Below are positions 1-15,900 of a stretch of 64,000 nucleotides of DNA, one piece after another. The DNA lies in the NCBI GenBank assembly GCA_040437565.1, contig JBDOQK010000002.1:744001-808000 (forward strand), read 5' to 3'. Every line of letters begins with the position of its first letter. Positions within the stretch are counted from its first letter, which is position 1. The notes beneath the pieces were generated by a model. That model made no database searches, had not been told where the DNA came from, and saw only the letters and a program-made list of their open reading frames with translations. Origin of the DNA: Albugo candida. Its lineage: Eukaryota. The position numbers and the translations under genes are program-made.

Positions 1-2
1 AC

Positions 3-803
3 GGGACTTCCATACCATCTTTATCCATTTACACCAGCGTCCAATCGGGAAGTTCACAATTCACAGATGAATTGGATTTACGGCAGAAGAAAATCGACGA
101 AAGAAATGAAAAATGTGAATTCCATAATTGTTTGAATCGTGCTCGCGTCTCTCAAATATATGGAAAATTTTGTAATCGCCATGTGATTGTCGCTCCGTGT
201 GGATTTCCAGGTTGTCGAGATAAAGCGATGAACAAGTCGTCCATGTGCGTTAAGCATCTTTCTTTGGGCAAAGATGCTCTTCATCGTGTATTGGCAAATC
301 GAGCACAAAACGTTCCAGTTTGTAAGACGCTAGGATGCTTCAAGAATGATCAAGGAAGAGGCCATTGTCGTGGTCATGAAAAGCTCTTGATGGCGACTGG
401 AAGATTGCCCAAACACATCAACAAACGCCGCCTTAACAGCGCGTACACAATGTGCAGTTACCCGCATTGCTCCAAACATTCGCAACGAAACCATTTATGC
501 CGTACGCATGGAAATCTAATCATCAAACAAGCAAGAGAAGTGGCAGCACAATCGAATAATGAATCATTTGATGAAATTCTTACCCGTTTACAAAAAGATG
601 TGAAGCGATGTACCCATCCGAATTGTACTAAAAACTCCCAACGAGATCGATTGTGCACGATGCATTACCATGAAAAAACCAATTCGCAGTTGAGTGGAGA
701 GAAGAAAGAGAGTCTTGCAGATGATCACGTTGACATAAAGAAAAACGTGGAGAGCCACATACAAACACAGGTCGAAAGTTTGGATCACGTCGAAGGAATG
801 TAA
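3..803 (+). CDS. Cys/His-rich repeat protein (C-x4-C-x10-C-x2-H, WRKY19-like zinc-finger repeats), 5'-truncated by the window
   Basis: The frame is open from base 3 to TAA at 801-803. About five units such as CSYPHCSKHSQRNHLCRTH, CTHPNCTKNSQRDRLCTMH and CKTLGCFKNDQGRGHCRGH. Confidence 0.7.
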   Translation, partial: GTSIPSLSIYTSVQSGSSQFTDELDLRQKKIDERNEKCEFHNCLNRARVSQIYGKFCNRHVIVAPCGFPGCRDKAMNKSSMCVKHLSLGKDALHRVLANRAQNVPVCKTLGCFKNDQGRGHCRGHEKLLMATGRLPKHINKRRLNSAYTMCSYPHCSKHSQRNHLCRTHGNLIIKQAREVAAQSNNESFDEILTRLQKDVKRCTHPNCTKNSQRDRLCTMHYHEKTNSQLSGEKKESLADDHVDIKKNVESHIQTQVESLDHVEGM

Positions 804-1042
804 TATGGATCATCGACATTCGAGTCTCTGCGGCCTAGGATTGTCCATCATCATTCTTACGGAAATCACGAACGCTGATGATAGGTTCCATGTATTGTAA
901 TATAGCTGGGTAGAATGTTGTATTACTGTCAATGCTTTGTAGAGATTCTAACGATTCGAGTGGATTTGGTTGGTCTCTTGTACGAACGTGTAATGTAGAT
1001 GAGCAAATGGGCCAGAACAATCTGCATTAAGGATCCTAATCA

Positions 1043-2632
1043 TCACAGTATGCATTTCGGACCGAAGAAAAAGTATAAAATCTTCCGGTGTGTTGGCTTT
1101 AACTGTGCTGCTGAGCTCGCCATGATAAGTGCCAATGAGATTGAAAACATCAACACTTCACTGTGGCGAATATAACGAACGATTCTGCGTTGTTCAAGGA
1201 TCTTCCAGTAAATCGCAATTGCTTTCGATATGGAATAGAGCGTCAGGATGGATCGATGCTTTTGATATTCCAGAAAAATGCTAAATCCCGCAATAATCTA
1301 CTCCACATCACATTGCCACAAGTACAAAAATGAGCACATTGGAAGCACGTACACCGCCGATGAAACCCTCCATTTCGAAATCTCGTTGCAAACTGTTTCG
1401 AATTGCACAAATTGACAGTTTTGTGAGAATCTAAAACTGCATTCAGATATATCGGTATACACAACGCGAATACGCTAATTCGGACCGTATTTGTTGATAA
1501 GAATGTTGATGACCAAAATGTTGCTCGTAGTAAACGGAATAGTGTCGATATCGGACTCTGATGTAAATGTCGCATTCCAAAGACCAAAATTGACAACGCG
1601 TGCACTGCAGCATACATTTGCGATGCTCGCCCAATTCCAACGATAAAATCCTTGCAAGCGTGAGCGACGCATGATTCTCTATAATAGGACAGTCAAATTT
1701 ATTGTAGCGGTTTAACGACTTTGGTGTCTGACTTGTGGAAATGCGGTTGGCATGGACGAAATACAGCGTCACTCCCTGCAGGTGCTACTTGCCGGTTACG
1801 AACGGTACAATTGAGTCCATAATTCGTTAGAGATGTGCACTTGAGTATTCGGTGGTGGTAAGCCTAAGGACCAAAATATTTGTCTCGTACCAAACCTAAG
1901 TATTGTAATGCTCATACCGAAGAAAGGAATGATTGTCGCAATAGTACAATGAATGCATTACTGACGATGAATAGGACTTCCGTCAGATACGGTAGCTGGC
2001 AGAGTAGCCCTCTCGCAAATAAATCTCGTCCAGTCACATCAAACATTTTCACGAAACCGTATAGAGCGATCACACTTCTCCTCGCTGCTGTATCCAAAAG
2101 CAAAGTCCACCCCGCTAGAAATCCTAAACACAGGTACATCTTCAACTTCAATATGCGTTATTTTCTACGTACCAGCAATTGCCAAATCTATGCGAGTACG
2201 CTCGCCTCGGCGACGTCGCAAAACCATTTCTGTACCGCGAAAAACCGCAACAAGCGAGCCCATGAACGCCCCAAAACGGAGGGTATCTTTGTTTATTAAG
2301 CGATGAAACCCATCCATCCGAACATGTTGCCCATGTCTTCGACGCTGAACAGCAAGAAGCAACGAAGAAAGCGCTTTAACGCCACAAGAGGTTGCAGCTG
2401 CTCGTAGCGAAAATTTTAAAAGAAGTAAAATTTCGTATTGGACCGGAAGAGACGGTTCATCTGGAGTGATTACGCGTGTGTCGTGTATTGTAGAGAAAAG
2501 TAGCGGAATGCGACTGCTACATGCAATTTTTTTAGAGTCTTTGACAAATCGATCATTTTTCTTTTCGCAAAGAGACTTCAAAGCTCCAGAAATTCGAGAT
2601 TCTGAAAATATTGCAGAGTAGATGCGATCCAT
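1043..2632 (-). CDS. TMEM135-like (Tim17/Pmp24-superfamily) multi-pass membrane protein, multi-exon
   Basis: Exons encode DTLRFGAFMGSLVAVFRGTEMVLRRRRG...AIAG, GFLAGWTLLLDTAARRSVIALYGFVK and MYAAVHALSILVF...LRATFWSSTFLS, and the last exon ends KPTHRKILYFFFGPKCIL-TGA at 1043. The start is uncertain: ATG 2632 is used, and the frame is open to about 2776. Confidence 0.65.
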
Positions 2633-5317
2633 GAGGGTAGAGAAAGGATAATGTTGCAAGACTATTGTCTTGGATGTGGTTGAAGCGACGATACTTCTCA
2701 ATAAAGGGATACCGGTATTTATGGTACCTGCGTGAATGGCGGATATTATGATGTCTGGTATTTGACAATCAATCAAATGATGGACAAAGTTGACAAAACT
2801 TTAATTACTTTATGATGTCTTCCTTTTTGATGACGACGGCCCTGGCTTGCTGAGCGCCATTTTTGAACGCATCAGTACCGATATAAAACGGTAATACCGA
2901 ATGGTCTACTGGTTCCGATGAAAATAGCCAAACAGAATTACGTCGGCGCCGTCACTTGTCTCCAATTTGATACGACAGGCACGTGGCTTTACGTGGTTAC
3001 TGGTGCTACGTTATATGTGTACGACAGCTCAAAAGGCACAATACGGGCTACCCTTACACTCCTCCAAGATGGAATTATACATGGCATGGACACACCATCA
3101 TTCCAGCCCACTTGCGACGCTAGTGCGGTCCCTTTCGGCGTTTTCTATGGTCAGAAACAGCTCAGCTTCGTAGCTCAAGAACAAAAAAGTTGTTCTGAAT
3201 GGAAGATCCGTAAAACTTTTGAAACACGAAGAAAAGATTGGATTCTATGCGTTCAGATCCTCACGCAGACAGAAATTGAGAAAGCGGCTTTCTTTCCGCT
3301 TATTGCCATCGGCTATGTACACAATTTTATTGAAATTTACAGCCTTCATAAAAAAATGACTTTAATGACGTTCCAGTGCTCCGCAATCGGTATTTTGTAT
3401 TCCATGAGCATTTATGGTCGTTCCATCGAGGCGCTTCACGTTGCAACCGGTACGGTAACACGCTCAATCATTCTTTGGAACTTACCGGATACACATGATC
3501 GTAACCCTTTATCAACAGCATCTATTGGTCCGATGCAGCGTTTAGAGTCCCACAATGGAGCGGTATTTCGTATTATCTGGTCTGAAGATGGTCAGCGATT
3601 CATTTCTGTGTCGGAAGACCGTACCATGCGATTATGGACTCTGAATACACAAAGTCAAGTCTTTGAAGGCCAAGTCCGGGCATGGGGACATCATGGTCGA
3701 CTGTGGGATGCTTGCTTCACTAAATGCGGTATTGTTACAGCCAGTGAAGATGGTACTTGTAAACTTTGGGAACTTCAAAAAGGGAACTGTATTGCGACAT
3801 TGCAAGGACACGTTGGAAAGAGTGTTTGGCGTGTGGCATGCCATCCAAACAAGCGATTAATTGCCACAGGAGGCGGAGATGGATCTGTAAAACTTTGGGA
3901 TACGTACCAACATCTCCATCCATCACATACACTGGCAATAGCCCAACAGCACGCTATACGTCTTATTGAAAATTCAGACCACGTGGAAAAGTCTAAGCGC
4001 TTTGTTGCCGTTCGAGATGTGTTGATCGGAAAAGATAATGCTTTTTGCGTTGCTGATAATGGGGAAATTCACGCACTCGATATTGAGAAAGCCACGAGTC
4101 AACTATTGTGGTCCCCACTCCAAGGCAATGTGCATATGAACGAAACTGCATCGGTGTCTTGCACTTGTATGGATTTTCAGAAGCAATATTTGGCATTTGG
4201 TGATTCTAGCGGATGGGTCTACATTTTCGGACTATCTGAAAACACCCTCGTAGCCAGCTGGAAAGCGGTCGAATCCCGGATATTCAAACTTTGGTGGCAT
4301 TCAAGCGCTCTCGAGACAGATCATAGTATGATCTTTACAAGCAGTATTGATCGCAAGCTTTTACGATGGAAGATTTCAAGAGAGAACGAGAAATTTTTGG
4401 CTTGGGAAAAGTTGGAGTCGTATGGGAATACTTCAAGTAAATCAGCTATTTCATCACTACAAGTGATCGAGCGATTTGGCACCGCTTTTCTAATCTGCGG
4501 TGATGGAGATGGAACGATTTGTACATTTGCCTATCCACAAAACATTCGACATCAAGAGCTCATACAACCCACTTCGATACTCAGAAACGTGCATGGTCGC
4601 GAGTATGTGTCGTGCATCACATCGATTGATGGCGACCAACTCCTTACAGGCGGCCATGATGGATATTACAACATATTTAACATATCTTTTCCGAAAAACA
4701 GTCTTGTGCTATCCTTTCTGACTCGACATTCTATCAAAGGAATGGGTACGATTTCTCAATTCTATTGGAATGATCGGAGACAAGAACTTTTGGTATTTGG
4801 TTTCCAAGCCAGTTACGCCATTTTGTACAATGTGACCCGGCAGTATCGATTGTTCCATCTTGATTGCGGGGGATGGCGACGACCGCATGTAATGTACATA
4901 CCCTTGACATCAAGTGCATTTGTGGACTATACGCTCTTATTTTGTTCTCGTGAGCAGAAAAAACGCCGTCAAGGGCATTTGGAGTTGCAGAGTGTGACAT
5001 CGAGAGATGCTATTAGACTTCGTGCATGCTCTTTTCATTATCAGTGGCATGGTCGAATGATTACAAGCGCGTTATTCCTCGACAATAGCATGGAGTTGGT
5101 CACCGGATCAGAGGACAATCAGCTTCAACTGCACGTCCGTACATCCAATGAGGATTTATGGAAACGTGTGGCTACCGGAGCTGCACATACAAGCGCCATT
5201 CGTGCCATAACGAAATTCTTAGTGCCGCATCATACAATTGTGCTAACGGCCGGAGGGAAACAAACTGTCAATGCATGGATGATATCTCGGAATCCATACA
5301 TTCTCCGTCATATTTCC

Positions 5318-8004
<2,687 letters not shown>

Positions 8005-9073
8005 TCCCGTAATCTGTTTTTTTTTTTCAAAACGCTTTGCTACACAGAGTATCAATTCGCAAGTGTGTGATGCATAGATCGTAAAGATTATCATTCACAA
8101 GTCCTCGAACCTGATACGAAGTTGATGTGTTTTTCGGTTGTGCGTCTCACTCGCCTTCTATGTGTCGGTTATGTGGTTTTCTTCTTTTCTGTAATTTTTC
8201 TTACCTCAATTGAAATTATTCAGTATATTACAAATACAGCTTATTCTGCTCTCAGATATAATATGCGACATCTATAATTCTTTCGCTCAGAAGGAAAACC
8301 GTTTCATCTGTTTATCAGCAGCTGCAATCTTATCGATTCGTGCTGGCGCTTGCAAGCCGCAACTGCATGCAAATCGTGCTTACTGTGCGTACTATAAACG
8401 GCTCGCAGCAAGCGATCTCGAACTTACTCATTATCGACTATACACTCCTGCAATATAAACACCTCATTTTTGCAACCGAAGTATGACATGTTAAGCGTAT
8501 AAATGGTACAGAGTCGGTGCCAGGTAGACTATATGACTTTCATTCTCCAGCTATCCTAAACATGCTTTTTTTCTCCGCCAACATGCATCCTGCTGACCTT
8601 CCAGTGATTATGATGAATGTCCGTAGATTCAAGACTGATAATTACATAGTTTACACGACAGACTTTCCAGTCAATCATGATTATACCGTGAGTCGATAAT
8701 GAACGTATGCAACAAAGTTAAAGTATGACGAGCGCTCCTGCTGTGGTAGTGTAGGATAATTTCGGCATAGAATACGCTTCTCAAAGTCAAAACCTATGAT
8801 TATTGAGCTGGTAGCCCCGATCTATCCACTCTAATGCTCGAAACGATCTTTGACTATTCCTCACTTGACATGAATATTCTACCGAGGCATTTCCGAGCAA
8901 AATTATTTGTATTGTATTTTATTTCGTAAAATACAGTATGCAGCCTGGTTTCTGATTACCGTTACCTTATACTTCATTGAATTATCAGGTCCGATTTTCT
9001 ATATCATACAACTCCGATAGATAGAAGAATGTGGATAACAAACAGCTGAGTCGTTTTATACTAGGGCTGACAC

Positions 9074-12000
9074 ATGTCCACAGTGTACCCTCTACCTGCA
9101 CTTGCCAGCACTTTCGTGAGGTATTTTTCATAACATCTGTGTCAGGAAATTTGTATTGCAAATTTGTATAAAGTACATTTGCACCTGTATTTGATGCTAC
9201 GTAGTGAGCTCCGCCCTCACTTGCGCTAACACACACAGCCATAGTTGAGTACAGAGCAAACAAGAGCTGCTTCAGGTAAGCTTCCTGATTTAACGTAATG
9301 AAGTCGCCGTTGTTCATATGTCGTGTGGTCTACAGCTCCCATGTCACCACCACCGAACTCAACGCAGTCCGAATATGTCAAGTGTCCGGAACTTTTGTGG
9401 AGTGCAGCCGATTTAGAAAAAAAAGTTGTCATCCGCAAATTATATCGAAAGGTTTGCGTTTTCATATCGCTAATCCCCAGCATCCAATCCTTATATCCTT
9501 GTTAGGTTGAACGATTCCAGTCAGATTGGCGGCGTTGTTATGTCGCGGTATTCGCGAGCAGTCTATATTATTATGATTCTTTAACAGATGCCAAGCCACA
9601 TGGTGTCATTCCTCTATATGGGTGCAAGGTCGACCCAGTTGAGCGTGTACAGCGTTCATACAACTCATTTCCGCCCATGGAATGTGAAAGCCCTTGCAAT
9701 AGTGACCAGGGTGGGCCGTGCTGGAAGTTTATTTCAAGCGCTGGTCGTGTACTGGTATTCCGAACGGAATCTCACGAAGAACGCGACTTTTGGGTTGAAT
9801 ATATCACAAAAGCAACCAATGTCATTTGTTCGACGCTATGTACGGAACTCTGTTCCTTCACATCCGAACCTTCAAAACTTCAAGACGCACATAACGTGGA
9901 CATGATTCCGGAGTTATCTCAGATGGTCCGCGACGCCATTGCATTGGTCAAAACTCAAAAACAGGAAATACAAGATCTCAAAGTGAAGATGCAATCATTA
10001 ACAAATGAAAACGATCAATACAAAATTCAAGTACAGACTTTACAATCGAAGATTACAAGCGCGAAACGAAGCAAGGTCACTCAGAATGTGACGAATCCCA
10101 ACGATTTACTCACTGGGCGATATTATGATAAATCAATCGGTCCTAAGCTACATGCAACGGCCTCACTTCCCTCAATGTCATTCGCAATCAATTCGTCGAA
10201 AAGTTCACTGCAATCGTCAAAGTCAGAAACCTACGACCAGCCGTCTTCCCCTTCTCGTACTTTCATTCCACGCACTCGACCTTTGAGTGCTAGAGCGAGC
10301 TTTGATTTGATGGACAATGATTATATACAACAACAAGCACTTCAAATTGCGGAAATTGCACGTAAACTACAGATCTCAATGGTGAAGAAAGAGCCAATCG
10401 CAGATGCAAAGATATTCCAAACTGTAATAAACGATGGATTTCCGATGTTCATGTTATTTTTAACTTTTGACCGGTTCGGTGTGTAGAAGAATGTTGCACA
10501 AGTGGACGCACCTCTCTCCAAAGCTGCTTTGTCTCNNNNNNNNNNNNNNNNNNNNNNNNNNNNNNNNNNNNNNNNNNNNNNNNNNNNNNNNNNNNNNNNN
10601 NNNNNNNNNNNNNNNNNNNNNNNNNNNNNNNNNNNAGTGCTAGAGCGAGCTTTGATTTGATGGACAATGATTATATACAACAACAAGCACTTCAAATTGC
10701 GGAAATTGCACGTAAACTACAGATCTCAATGGTGAAGAAAGAGCCAATCGCAGATGCAAAGATATTCCAAACTGTAATAAACGATGGATTTCCGATGTTC
10801 ATGTTATTTTTAACTTTTGACCGGTTCGGTGTGTAGAAGAATGTTGCACAAGTGGACGCACCTCTCTCCAAAGCTGCTTTGTCTCAAGTCAACGAGAAAG
10901 AATTCATGCCTTTCCCACCTCAAAATTTTGAAAGTGCTATACGTCGACTCAAGTCTCACAATTCCGCAACTCCCGAACCCACTTCGTGTCACTCAGATAC
11001 TGCATGTCTTCATGAGGACGAAGAGAATCAAATTGCTACTAAGTACGTATTTTATGCTGACCGGCAGCACGAGACTACGATATTGTGATTGGTAGACGGG
11101 GTGAACGAGCGCAATCTATGTGGGAACAGTATACACATCAAGATCAAGAATGGCCGGTAAGAACTAGTATGCCACACGAATGTTTATAGTACACTCAGTC
11201 TTCGCTTAGGATACCAATGTCGTCATAAAGAAAAAACTTGGAATGAGTGAATTCTCGGAATTCCTCCTGGAAGACGGATTATCGTTTCTGGGATGTATTA
11301 TGGACGCTTCAACTCGCGACGAAAAGGTACGTCACTCACTCTCCCTCTTTTCATTAAATTACAATCACTCAATTTTGTGACAGGTGTCCATACTCTATCC
11401 AGTATTACGCTTATTTGCGAGTGAAAAAAGCCTCCATGAGCTTATATTTTGGGCTATCGAAACCGAAGTGGCTTCAGTCAATAATGTGGCCACGTTATTC
11501 CGATCGGACGATTACGCAAGTCGCTTGGTGTTGACGTATAGTAAAGCAGTTGGGTTCAAGTTTGTTCAAAACGTGCTGAGGGAACCGATCCGTAAAGTTT
11601 GTTTGGTCAAAGCCGTCGACGTGGAGCTTCACCCAAGCAAAATCGAGGTTCATTTCTATCAGTCTGCCCTTATTTTTAATCTTACAATTTTGCATCAAGG
11701 ATGTAGAGCGGATACGAGAGAATGCCGCACGTGTGATGGATCTTTGTCAAGAGATACTGAATTCTATAATGGCCAATTTGGATCAGGTCAGATTATGACT
11801 GATATCGAGTGCACGTCTAACGCATCGTTCTTACAGCTTCCAGCCACATTTTATCATATTTGCAATCAATTGAACACTCACGTATTTCATCGATTCGATT
11901 ACCCAATAGAACACAGCAATCGTGAAGAAGGTCGAGAGAATCTCACTCGGGTATGTGGTGAACGCGGAAGGAGAAAGAACACTTATACTTACACGTTTTG

Positions 12001-12916
12001 TGTAGAATGTAGTGGGAGGATTCTTATTCCTCCGACTTATTTGTCCGGCAATCACAACACCTCACTTGTACGAACTCACACAAGAAGCCCCGGCAGGAGA
12101 CACGAGGAAAGTACTCGTTCTTGTTACCAAATTATTATTCAAAGCAGCAACTTGTGTCAAATTTAACGACCNNNNNNNNNNNNNNNNNNNNNNNNNNNNN
12201 NNNNNNNNNNNNNNNNNNNNNNNNNNNNNNNNNNNNNNNNNNNNNNNNNNNNNNNNNNNNNNNNNNNNNNNTCCTCCGACTTATTTGTCCGGCAATCACA
12301 ACACCTCACTTGTACGAACTCACACAAGAAGCCCCGGCAGGAGACACGAGGAAAGTACTCGTTCTTGTTACCAAATTATTATTCAAAGCAGCAACTTGTG
12401 TCAAATTTAACGACCGGGAACCCCACCTCGAGTACGTGATTCCGGTATGTTGACGTAGCGAGGCTCTTATATTATATCGTAGGATTTTGAACGAGTTTAT
12501 CGAACGAAACGCTTCACAGATACAAAAAGTGTACTCGCTCATGACATCATTCCAGCCAAAAGAGCCCGACATTTGCTTCCAAGTAGACAGTGAATCCATC
12601 TTTTCCAATCTCACACTGGAGCAACTCACAAAGGACGAGGATTTGGTACGTTTCACTGTCTAAAGTCTACATCACTCGCATTTGACAATAGTGTGAGTAG
12701 ATCCGAGAAATCGCTCAAGAACATGTGGACGAAATCGAGCTCGCGTTACAGAAAGAAGGATTTGACGATGTCATGCTGGATCAATTACGTCAAGCTATCC
12801 ATTGTGTGGAGAAAACTGGCGAGTTTCTGATCGATCCCACAGCACTTGAAGCATCAACTAAACGATCGTACAAGCTTCGATTTGGGCATTTTGGCCGGCG
12901 AATGCGTGTCCAATAG
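9074..12916 (+). CDS. PH-domain + coiled-coil + RasGAP protein, multi-exon (start approximate)
   Basis: PH: DWRRCYVAVFASSLYYYDSLTDAKPHGVIPLYGCKV...RVLVFRTESHEERDFWVEYI (~9505-9810). Coiled coil at ~9910-10070. RasGAP motifs TLFRSDDYASRL (arginine finger) and VGGFLFLRLICPAITTP. Last exon stops at 12916. Confidence 0.8.
10286..10885. repeat. 250-bp duplication (10286-10535 = 10636-10885) around N gap; likely assembly artefact
   Basis: The same sequence lies on both sides of the 100-N gap. Confidence 0.93.
12028..12415. repeat. 144-bp duplication (12028-12171 = 12272-12415) around N gap; likely assembly artefact
   Basis: The same sequence lies on both sides of the 100-N gap. Confidence 0.93.
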
Positions 12917-12997
12917 CTTCATTTTCACCGTTTGGATGTGGCTAGTATAATAGAGCAACACATATTATATTCTGTACTCGACACAAGCCCTCTTCTT

Positions 12998-15900
12998 TCA
13001 TGACGAGTCTACCGCTGGACGCATCTGATCGTTGAGAGTCGATAAAGACCTTCGAATATGCGGCTCCGAATTCACCTCATTTCGTTTTGGAGGCTCGGAA
13101 TCATGCTGTACGATCGCTTGTAAGCGTCTTGAGGCATCGTGGATAGCTGCAAGATCCGATTCCGACATGTTTCGCATGGCGCTTAGTGCGTTATCACTCA
13201 TCGTATGCACGAGATCTCCATGCGCTTGGGCGAGACTGGAGTCACTATCGGTCCCATTACCCGCAAGCGCTGAAATGACACGTTGCTGCTCCATGATGAT
13301 CGATCGCATCTGATGCAGTGATAACTCATCTTCTCGGTCTTCGTGTCGAGAACTCGCACGCAAAATATCTTCGATCACAACTCCACGACTCAGCGCGTTA
13401 TTGTAAAGCAGCCACGTTTGGATTTTCCCTGGAACGTACAAGCCCGCAAATATCAAGATCATCGATAGAGACAAAAGGCCTAAAATCGCGTCATGCACAA
13501 AATACAGATTCTGAACGAGTCGAGCATTACTTCCAAGTATCAAAAGCGCCCAACACCCGATGGCTGCGCCCAGATAATATGTGCTCAACACACATGCCAG
13601 CATCCCCGGGACCAGAAAGAAGGCGATTATCAATGTCAATACGGTCAGAAGAACCAACAGCGACTTCATAAATCGAAGCAGACCGCTTTCGCCGTATTTT
13701 TTCGCATTCAGAAACCAAGACGAAATGACGACATAGACGGATGCGACCTACAGTCAAATTACGATATGATGCGAGTCGAGTGTGGACAGAAACACGAATA
13801 GGAACGTACCGAGAAGCACACAAGGAAGGGCAGCCATGTTTTCATCTTCAAAAGAGAGTGATAAGGATCCCCACTCGGAGCGATCGAGAGAGCAACGACT
13901 GTGAACAAGAGGCCTTTGAGCGTCACACACACTTTAGCAAATGGTCGAAGTGTTGAAAAGTATGCGTTTTCTTCCTTGAACCACGCTTCCCACGATTGAT
14001 TCGCATTCCCTCCATCACCACGCATCCATTTAAACCAAACGCGAAAATCTTCGACGGCATCGGACCATTCGAATGCCAGCGGATTGAACCAAAATGGAGA
14101 AAATGTCTACAAAATGAAAATGAGTGGAACTACCACACTCGATACAATGGAAATACGACGTACCCAACTCAATACCACCAGCCATAACGACCACGTCATC
14201 GCGATATATTGCGTCGATTCCGTGTGCAGATAATACAAAATCAATCCAAACATGATCTCGACACCTGCGTATAAGTGGCTGCTTGCGTAAAAGCGATACA
14301 ACTCATCGAAATGCGAGTGCTTGGTGACAAATCCACGACCTGTAGCACGATATTTCGCTCCACCGGCTAAAATCGTTTGTCCAAAATAAAACCATTTCGT
14401 GCCAATGTGAAAGACAAAATACAAAGGACCGCCAGTGATAAACATCATAAAGATCTCTTGTGCGGCAGCTTTGAATCCTCTTTCCACAGAGATTGTAGCC
14501 ACCAAAGGCGCAGTTGTGAAGAACGCTACTGCACCCAATGACACCTGAAGATTGGAAAGGATCACCGTACTTCGTCCACCAGTTCCTTCCAACGAAAGTA
14601 ATGCTCGTATCAGTGTGCAGTACAGCATAATAAACACCGTCCAAATGACCAGAGACACTGATATGTAAAAGCCGACATTGTTGTAATAGAACGTAAGCAG
14701 CTTGAAAAAGTCGAGACGTTGACTGATACGATACACATCTCTCGATAAAGACTGCTCTGCTGCGCCTTGCGCCAATTTCGCTTCAAATTTATAAATCTGC
14801 TGCATTCCNNNNNNNNNNNNNNNNNNNNNNNNNNNNNNNNNNNNNNNNNNNNNNNNNNNNNNNNNNNNNNNNNNNNNNNNNNNNNNNNNNNNNNNNNNNN
14901 NNNNNNNNGCAGATAATACAAAATCAATCCAAACATGATCTCGACACCTGCGTATAAGTGGCTGCTTGCGTAAAAGCGATACAACTCATCGAAATGCGAG
15001 TGCTTGGTGACAAATCCACGACCTGTAGCACGATATTTCGCTCCACCGGCTAAAATCGTTTGTCCAAAATAAAACCATTTCGTGCCAATGTGAAAGACAA
15101 AATACAAAGGACCGCCAGTGATAAACATCATAAAGATCTCTTGTGCGGCAGCTTTGAATCCTCTTTCCACAGAGATTGTAGCCACCAAAGGCGCAGTTGT
15201 GAAGAACGCTACTGCACCCAATGACACCTGAAGATTGGAAAGGATCACCGTACTTCGTCCACCAGTTCCTTCCAACGAAAGTAATGCTCGTATCAGTGTG
15301 CAGTACAGCATAATAAACACCGTCCAAATGACCAGAGACACTGATATGTAAAAGCCGACATTGTTGTAATAGAACGTAAGCAGCTTGAAAAAGTCGAGAC
15401 GTTGACTGATACGATACACATCTCTCGATAAAGACTGCTCTGCTGCGCCTTGCGCCAATTTCGCTTCAAATTTATAAATCTGCTGCATTCCAACATCTCG
15501 ACCTTTTCCGCACTTGATGTACTCTGGAAATTTGACGGAACCGCCACGAAGACAATTGTTATACCCAGCAAATATATCTTCACTTAGATTGACACCTTTG
15601 CTTGCTTTGCTGATTCCACCTCGCGACATGAAGAAAAGCTTATCGAACACATCGGGATGGCCGTAATGGAGACGCATTCGAAGTGGTTGAGCAAGTGTAC
15701 GTTGTCCCAATGTCACAAACGACGTCTCTTGTAGCGCCATATAATTCGCCAAAGAGCTCACACTTCCAGTGAAAATGTGTTCGGGGAGCCCGACGATTGT
15801 GTATGGACGTTCCGGTAAACCCGAATCGAATTCCTGCAACATATTTCGCATTTTAAGCGCTTCTTCGATGTATCCGTCCTGATTCATATCGATTGTCTGG

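Noticed and set aside
14107-14805. Separate 232-aa glucan synthase ORF or internal domain duplication
   Set aside because: Produced by the 583-bp gap-flanking duplication; it merges in frame with the main gene.
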